Below are positions 55,188 through 64,000 of a stretch of DNA of 64,000 nt, in pieces. Source of the DNA: Octopus vulgaris (Eukaryota). Position numbers and translations under genes: made by a program. Numbering within the stretch: the first letter of the stretch is position 1; each line of letters starts with the position of its first letter. The DNA lies in assembly GCA_951406725.2 (NCBI GenBank), contig OX597828.1, positions 16,306,001 through 16,370,000 of the forward strand, read 5' to 3'. Under the pieces are notes generated by a model that was not told where the DNA came from, ran no database searches, and saw nothing but the letters and a program-made list of their open reading frames with translations.

Positions 55188-55352
55188 TAATAATAATAAT
55201 AATAATAATAATAGGAATAATCCTTTCTACTAAAAGCGGGGACTAGATGATTACATCAACCCTGGTGTTTCTCTGGTACTTAGTTTATAGAGCCCGAAAG
55301 AATGAAAGATAAAGTTGACCTCGGTGGAATTTGAACTCAGAACGTACAGGTG

Positions 55353-55565
55353 AAAATTAAGTCGAAATTAAATGGAGGGAATAAGATCGAAGCTGTCAAC
55401 ACCTGAGCGGTTTCACTCCTTAGATAAGGAGCAGGGGTAATCGCATGGAGAGTAGACGAACTATACAGCTTAGACAGAATGACAAGGAAGATATGGGATG
55501 CTACACCCAAAAAGTGACATAGACAGACTGTATGTACCAAGAAAAAGAGAAAGGACTTATGCCTC
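55353..55565 (+). pseudogene. R4/Dong-type RT thumb fragment (different family from 43459-45175)
   Basis: KSKLNGGNKIEAVNT*AVSLLR*GAGVIAWRVDELYSLDRMTRKI / LHPKSDIDRLYVPRK. Confidence 0.75.
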
Positions 55566-55949
55566 GGAGGAGAACTTTCTAGATGGAATTCCATGGCCAT
55601 TCACAACCGATTGTCAGTTCAGCCTTCATGAGTCAGCATGAACAGAGAAGGAAGGATGGTAACTTGTCCCTGATATACCTTTCTCTGTTAATGTTACGCT
55701 TGTATTTATGTACAATATCTCTCTCTCTCTCACTCTCTCTCTCACTCTCTCTCCCTCTCACTCTCTCTCTCACTTTCTCTCTCTCTCACTCTCTCTTTCA
55801 CTCTCTCTCTCTCTCTCTCTCTCACTCTCTCCCTTCTCTATATGTGTCAACATCTAGTCATACTTGTATTTATTAGTAATGTCTCTCTTTCTCTCTCTAT
55901 GTATCCGTGTATCACGTCTTTTTTTAGATGCATTCTTATATTCTTTTAT

Positions 55950-56565
55950 TCCTTTACTTGTTTCAATCATTTTGACTGCGGCCATGCTGGAACACCTTCT
56001 TCAGTCGAACGAATCGACACCAGTACTTGGTGTTTGTAAAACTAGTATTTATTCTATTGGCCTCATTTGCCGAACCGCTAATGTTACAGGGGCGTAAACA
56101 CATCAACATCGGTTGTCAGGTGATGGTGGGGGATAAATACAAACAGACAGACAGACAGACACATATATATACGACAGGCTTCTTTCAGTTTCCGTCTACC
56201 AAATCCATTCACAAAGCCTTGGTCGGTCCGAAGCGATAGTAGAAGACACTCGCCCAAGGTGCCACGCAGCGGGACTGAACCCGGAATCATGTGGTTAGGA
56301 ACAAGCTTCTTATTTTTTTACTGCCCACAAGGGGCTACACACAGAGGGGACAAACAGAAACAGACAAACGGATTAAGTCGATTATATCGACCACAATGCG
56401 TAACTGGTACTTATTTAATCGATCCCGAAAAGGATGAAAGTCAAAGTTGACCTCGGCGGAATTTGATCTCAGAACGTAGCGGCAGACGAAATACTGCTAT
56501 GCATTTCGTCCGGCGTGCTCACGTTTCTGCCAGCTCGCCGCCTCTTACCACAGAGCCAATCCTGC
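55950..56565 (-). mobile_element. SINE family A with a family B SINE (56311-56543) nested in its head
   Basis: A-family aagcttctta|ccacagagcc is split by a complete B unit. Confidence 0.75.
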
Positions 56566-57124
56566 ACCTTTATGTGTACTCTCTCTCCTCCCCCTCTCTC
56601 TATCTCCGACTTTTGGTACGTATGTGTATATTCCTTCGTACACGCGTGTGTATGTTCCCCTCTAGTGCCAAAACGTACTGCCGCCAAAACAGACTAAATG
56701 ACCTGCCAGCTGATCCGAACAGCCAACGTCCAAACAGCCACGCCAAATCGTCTCACTCAGAATATATCTAAAAACCAGTGTGGCAGCTAGTTGTAGTTGA
56801 AACTATAAAGCTACAACACCGTACATACCACTGGAAGTAAAGTAAAAGTACTTTGATATCATCCTACTTGACGCCATTCGTTTCCATTAGAACACTTACA
56901 ATATTTTCCTCCGCATGTCCAAAATATCATTTTTTTTCCCGCACGCTTCAATCGACAATCATCATCATTATTACATAGATATATCACGTGATTGACCGGG
57001 CTACCAAATGTTACTCATCGCTGGTCACAATGCGCTTTTGCATTGTTTTAGCCTTCAAATGATGCTACCCCTCTGGCTAGGCGAGCAGGCCCGTATACAC
57101 AATATCACAATATACACAATATCG

Positions 57125-57162
<38 letters not shown>

Positions 57163-57435
57163 AGTGATATTTACGCCATAAGGCTGAGGCGTTCTATCTC
57201 CATTGCTATTTTTCTTGGATATGGCTTACATTATGTGCGTCATCTTAAAATCCACCTGCATTATTTGTGTGTGTGTGTGTGAGTATGTGTGTGTAGCTAG
57301 TTAATAAATTTTTCTTTTTGTTAAGCTATGATATCGTCTTAAAGTAATTATTGTTATTGATGTTTGTTTATTTGTTGATATTTATTTTTATATTTTCCGA
57401 GAAATTATTTTTTAAATTAAAACGCACACACTCGA

Positions 57436-57476
<41 letters not shown>

Positions 57477-58280
57477 AGATATGTAGACACACAAACTTCG
57501 TTTGCATGGCGTCGTTTCGCCTGACGATCGATAAAGATCACCAAGAAAAGAAGACGAAAACTTAAAAAACAAAAACCAAAGAAAAACAAACACACAAAAC
57601 CTTAATTCTCTCGGTAGTGAGAGGGAGAGAGAGGGAGAGAGAGAGAGATAGAGAAAGAGATAGAGAGAAAGTTAGAAAATGAGAAAGAGCGGAATATTTA
57701 GTCTGTTTGTCACACCTGGCTCTCATTACGTTTTCTGTCTTGTTTTCTGTTCAATGATTTAACAGTGGCAACATTTTTTTTCATTTCTTTCTTTTTTTTA
57801 TTTTTATTTTATTATTTCACGTTGATTTGCTGTCTGTCTTTCTGGAGGTTTTTTTAGGAGGAGGGTGGGGGAGAAGGGGGGTATTTTCCTTGTGTGCTTA
57901 TGTATTTCATTACTTTCATTATCATCAACGCCGGCATCATTGTCGTGGTGGTGGTGGTCGTGGTGGTGGTCGTGGTCGTCGCCATTATCATCATAAGTGA
58001 CGTCATCATCAACATCATTGTCACACAATAGCTACAACTCTCTCAGTCAAACTCTCTATCCCCTCTCTTCCTCTCTCTCTCTATATATATATATACAAAC
58101 ATACACACACACGCATACACACAGACACACACACACGCATATGTATATATTTATATATACATATATATGCGTGTGTGCGCGTGCGTGCCTGTGCGTTTAG
58201 ATGGATAGATAGATGAACAAACAGACACATAAATAGATAGGAAAATACATACTTGAATACATATACACAACATATATTTG

Positions 58281-58316
<36 letters not shown>

Positions 58317-58456
58317 TATACATATATACATACATATATGTATATATATATATAGAATAAAACTTTATATATAAAGAACGTGAAATACACGAATTGACGA
58401 ACATGGAAAACAGACATGCATATGTATATATATATATATACATATATGTGTGTATG

Positions 58457-58514
<58 letters not shown>

Positions 58515-59141
58515 CATACATACATGAAGGGTGCTTGTGTTTGTGTGAGTGTGTCTCACCGCATTCTCTCTCTCTCTCTCTCTCTCACTCACTCTTTTCG
58601 GGTACGAGTCAGCTAATCTAAGGAAATAACACATTCACCAAAATTTAATAAAAGAATTTGTAAAAAATTTAACTAGTGGGTTGAAGTGTAGCAAAAGAGG
58701 TACTTAATGTTGTGTATTAAAAATGAGGTGGAGAATGAGAAGGATGATGAGGAGGGGAAACTTTGAAGACAGAAACTGGAGAAGGAAGAGGAAAAGAAAA
58801 TAAAGACGATGATGTATTTATTGTTGTTAATGGTGGTGGCGATGGTGCTGTTGATGTTGGCGTTGGTGATAATGATGACGATGACAATGGTGGTGATGGT
58901 GATGATGATGAAGATATGAGGATAATGATGATGATGACGATGATGATGATGCAATGATGATGTCGGTGAGGCTGATTAAGACAATAACAATGGTAATGAT
59001 AGCAATAATAATGATAATGATGCTACAATGCGTCGATGATGTAGTGGAAAGAAGTATGAAGGAGAAAATGAAGAAGTAGACAAAGAAAGCACGAAAGCAT
59101 TGAAAGAAAAATAAGAATTAGAGGAAGAACTAGACGACGAC

Positions 59142-59300
59142 GAAGAAATTGAAGAAAGAGAAGTAGAAGTTGAAGAAGAAGAAGAAAAAGAAGCAGAAAA
59201 AGAAGAAATTGGAGAAAGAGAAGTAGAAGTTGAAGAAGAAGAAGAAAAATAAGCAGAAAAAGAAGAAATTGGAGAAAGAGAAGAAGTAGTAGTAGAAGAA
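59142..59300. repeat. 60-bp period purine-rich minisatellite (about 2.5 copies)
   Basis: gaagaaattg(a/g)agaaagagaag recurs at 59142, 59202 and 59262. Confidence 0.8.
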
Positions 59301-59629
59301 GAAGAAAAAGGAGAAGAAAAAGAAGACGAAGAAGAAAAGGAAAAGAAAGAGAAGAAGAAAAAAGAAAAGGAAAAGAAGGAGGAGAAGAAGAAAAAGAAGA
59401 AAAAGGAGAAGAAGAAAGACGAAGACGAAGAAGAAAGAGAAGAAGACGAAAAGAAGGTGACGATGATGATGACGACCATGATGGTGATGATGATGATGAT
59501 GATGATGATGATGGTGATGATGGTGATGACAATGACGACGACGACGATGATGATGATAAGGAGGAGGAGGGGTGGAGGATGACGACTTTGATGATGATGA
59601 CGACGACGACAACGACGATGACGATAATA

Positions 59630-59682
<53 letters not shown>

Positions 59683-60502
59683 GATAATGGTCATGTTGAC
59701 TTCAACAACGACAACGACGTTGGGACTGAAGAAGCAGAAAGGTGTGGAACATGAGAAAAATGCAAGAAAAACAATGGCGGTTCTAAATTGAATGAAATTA
59801 TAATCAACCGTCAAAGCGAAAGAGAAAAAAGAAGATTGTAGAGGAGGGAGAAGTACGTGAAAAACAATTATAGTGTAAGAGTTAAAAGGGGAAAAAAATT
59901 CAAATGGAAAATATGGGTTGTGGTACAAGAGAGAGAGAGAGAAAGAGAAAGAGTGGGACAAAGAGAGAAGGAAAGAGTGAGGAGAATACTGTTGGAATCA
60001 GAGAGACGAGTCGAGGTTACACACGCACATACATACAGAAGACGTTTCAAAGAACAGGGCTCATTTTAAATGCAAGAGACTAGGCCTGGAACGAACATAT
60101 TCATTAAGTAAATTACATAATACAGGACCAGGATACAAATAGAATCTATCCCATTTTTCGGAGACACTGTTAAGGTGGTAAGCTTAGCGGCACTCATTCT
60201 GTCATTTCGTTTTGAGTTCAAATTCCGCCCTGGTCGAATATGCCCTACATCCATCTATCTATATAAATTAATGTTTGTTTGCTCACTTATAATAGTATCA
60301 ATTTTACATAAAAATGCGAGATTACACTGTACTTTTGTTAAGTAAAAATTTGTTACACTATACTTTTGTTAAGTAAAAAGTTTTAAGCCATGTTATTGAC
60401 AGTAATTTCGAAGTTTCGGTCAGCTAACCCGTCAGTCGGACGATGGCTTAGCGAACAAAAACTTTAAAGTTACTGCCAAGGATATTCTTGTATTGGAATA
60501 AT

Positions 60503-60540
<38 letters not shown>

Positions 60541-60547
60541 TTATCTT

Positions 60548-60580
<33 letters not shown>

Positions 60581-60598
60581 TTCTGCCTGTCTCTCTGA

Positions 60599-60642
<44 letters not shown>

Positions 60643-60858
60643 ATATAAACACATACACACACACACGTACTCACATATATATTCATATATATAAACATGT
60701 AAATATGTATATATATATATATGTGCGTGTGTGTGTGTGTGTGCATATATATATATGTGTATAGGTATATATATGTGCATAAATATATATATATATACAT
60801 ATATATATATATGTATAGGTATATATATGTGCATATATATATATATACATATACATAC

Positions 60859-60964
<106 letters not shown>

Positions 60965-61354
60965 TTATATATAATTACACGGAACACAAAAATAAAGAAT
61001 TCTATGAAGAAAATAAAGTACGTAATTACATATTTTCTTCGTATATGTTTCTGTATTTTTTCTTCTGCCCTGTGCAAATATATTTATATCAAACATATCT
61101 CTATTTAACTACTCTTTATTACAACCTGTATATCAGCTCTATTTGAATTTCTCTTATAACTACATCCGACGCTGTGGATGAAGAAGTCCTCTGGATGAAG
61201 ATTTCGCGGTTTAAGTAAAATTCATTTGAACGCTCTGTTTTCTGTACTGAACGTATCTGCCTCACGCCTATTGTCTGTCTGTCCGTCTACCTGTCTGCCT
61301 GTCTTCCTGTCTGCCTGTCTGTCCATCTGTCTGGCTATCTACCATATGTATCTT

Positions 61355-61590
61355 TTATTCTTTTACTTGATTCAGTCATTTGACGGTGGCCATGTTGTAG
61401 CACCTCTTTAAAGGGTTTTAGTCGAAGAAATCGATCCCCAGGACTTATTCTTTGGAAGCCTGGTACTTATTCTATCGGTCGCTTTTGTCGAACCGCTAAG
61501 TTACGGGAACATGGACACACCAGCATCCGTTGTCAAGCGATGGTGGGGGTGGTAGTGGGGAACAGAGACACATGCACACACATACATATG
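61355..61590 (-). mobile_element. SINE family A 3' half
   Basis: ttttacttgattcagtcatttgac...gaaccgctaagttacggg. Confidence 0.75.
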
Positions 61591-63071
61591 CATGTACGCA
61601 ACACAGACACTTTCTTTCATACGCACCCCTGCACATATATCCATATACATACACATGTGTGTGTGTGTGTATGTGTGCGTGCGTGTGTGCGCGTGTATGT
61701 TTGTATGTGCGTGTGCATGTGCGTGTGCATGTGATGTGCAGAGACTGCTCCAATTTATATTCAAAATGAGAGAAGATACGGGCAAATGAAAATTAAAGCA
61801 AACATCTTTTATTTATCAAAATTTGATATGTTCAAATGAAATGTTGGAAATGCAATCCTTTTACTGCCAAACAGGTTTTCAGATTTTAGGGACCAATCTG
61901 CAAACTGAGTGACGTAAATTAGCTGTCACGTTGTCAAATTTATCAATTATGACATTCGTAATTCAAACACACAGACACATGTCTATTTATTTACGACTAT
62001 ATATCAATTTGTCTACCTTTTTGCTTGCTTCTGTTTCTCTCTGTGTGTACATCGACATTTGTGTTTACGATATGTGGATGAGATATCTTAGCAATTAATT
62101 AAGTGTAATTAAATCTTGAAATATTTCAATAAGAAGAATTTAGGAACCATCACGTCAGGAGATTTTTGAGCTAATTCACAAATATCTTGATATTCAATCC
62201 ATCAGTCGTTTAATTACTAGTCTAATCAAACAGTTGTGATACTCGCAAAATGAAATCGGGCCCCTTCTCGCTAAGATAATATATACAGCAGTTTTAAGCA
62301 ATGTTAGAAGAACAAGCCAGACAGCAGCTTTTAGTATCTTGACATAAAGAGCATAACTGCATGTGCCGTCGTGGAAAAAAAGCTCCAGTTCCGCTGCAGC
62401 TGTAAATTTTGACATAAAGACACAATTGAGATTGTTGCTATCTGCATGGTAGAACATACAGTTATGTTCTTTGGTGTGCCATTCGACATAAAATGTTGCG
62501 TCTTCTTACCCAAACTACAGTATCCAAATTAAACTGGACACAATGAGAACATGTTTAATAAGAAGAACAACCGTCATACATACTCATTCAAATATAACGA
62601 AAGAATGAACAATACTAGAATTGAGCTAGATGATAACAATCTCCATATCGTCTTTGAATGTATCTTGTGGGATAGTGACATAAATTTAAACCCTTTCAGA
62701 ATATGTGGTAACAACATTTGACTGATATTACGATTGGAATGAATACGTCCTTGCGTACGGCCATGTTCTCAGATATGTCTGGGGATACTGATATAACGTT
62801 CGACAACTATTCGAGGATTTTTGTCTGGTCAGACTAACTGTTGCCTGCTAAAGTGAGATGTATCACATTGGCTAAACAACATGTCAAGCTGTTCGTGGGT
62901 CTCTTCTAAACTCTGTCCACTATATTTGCTAAACTGGAATCTGATAATGAAGTCAATATTCATGCTAAGCAAGCCACATACCTTCTGCCTTGCAATAATG
63001 GAATCGATTAACCTTTGTGGAATGACATGGAACTATATAAATTTGATTGGCAAATACACACACACACACAC

Positions 63072-63114
<43 letters not shown>

Positions 63115-63133
63115 TAGAGAGAGAGGGAGAGAG

Positions 63134-63193
<60 letters not shown>

Positions 63194-63944
63194 ACATCCG
63201 CAAGCGCGCACACACCTATGTATATGTATGTATGTATATATGTACATATATATATATATATATATAAGTATGTATGTATGTATGTATGTATGTATGTATG
63301 TATGTATGTATGTATGTATGCATGTATGTGTGTGAGTGTGTGTATGTTTGTGTTTTGGGGAGTGTGCGCTTAAATATATACTTGTGGTGTATTCCTGTAA
63401 AGCAATCTATACCTACCTACTTACCTACCTAAACAACTGTGTATGTATGTATGTATATATCTATCTGTCTTTGCAGGCAAAATCATATACAGATCCATAT
63501 CTATGAAACCACAATATAAATAGTTCTAAATGAGGGAAGCTGAAAGCTCATATATACCAAACTCAGAGCAGTAAAATTTTAAGACCCCGTACCATAGACG
63601 AAACGAATCGGAAGTGAAAATCAGACATACCCATATCACAGTGATTTTGAACTTCGCGAATGATTGCTCTGTTCTCGTTAGTGAGTAATACTTTGTTCTC
63701 GTCTGTGAGTAATACTGACCCGGGGCCAAAACTATGCCCACTTCGTCCATGTGCTTGATAATAATTTTTAATGCAGCATTAAAAATGATGAGGCGCCCTA
63801 ATATTTCTCTTATTTGGGGTAATTGCTAATTGCTAACTATGAAATAACATTTTTAAGACTAAATATCCTATCGAAAGTCATTAGCTTTTTAATTAAATTA
63901 GAACTAACCTACAGGCAATCATCCTATTCTTTCTTTTCCCTTCC

Positions 63945-64000
<56 letters not shown>

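Noticed and set aside
58976-59961. Long Ser/Phe/Leu-rich ORFs
   Set aside because: Products of GAA/GAT-rich low-complexity sequence.
63526-63750. ORF starting MDEVGIVL, pogo-like
   Set aside because: Single short motif and no other DDE features or TIRs visible.

Overview
AT-rich, microsatellite-saturated eukaryotic non-coding DNA. The tRNA-derived SINE families and (TA/CA/TATC/TAA)n load are those of an octopus (coleoid cephalopod) genome; this species assignment is an inference. No host gene can be called securely; there are only a few weak exon/promoter candidates, and nearly all ORFs in the track are microsatellite artefacts. Recognisable elements: a young 5'-truncated Neptune-type Penelope-like element (PLE; RT+GIY-YIG, 2789-5388, minus) with an inverted pLTR piece; a full-length but frameshifted mariner (40458-41749); an internally deleted R4/Dong LINE at a (TAA)n tract; relics of a second PLE, two other R4 elements, a Tigger/pogo transposase, a CR1-like LINE end, a Helitron carrying a piggyBac-like 5' end, mariner MITEs; and about 40 SINE copies. 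Two observations stand out. (i) The PLE pLTR looks like a complete cassette: five GACGTCA-N12-C(C/T)AAT modules, TATA, Inr, Kozak ATG, splice donor and a U3-A8 variant hammerhead. (ii) Nine hammerhead-like motifs from about seven unrelated short repeat families are scattered through the window, mostly beside simple repeats.
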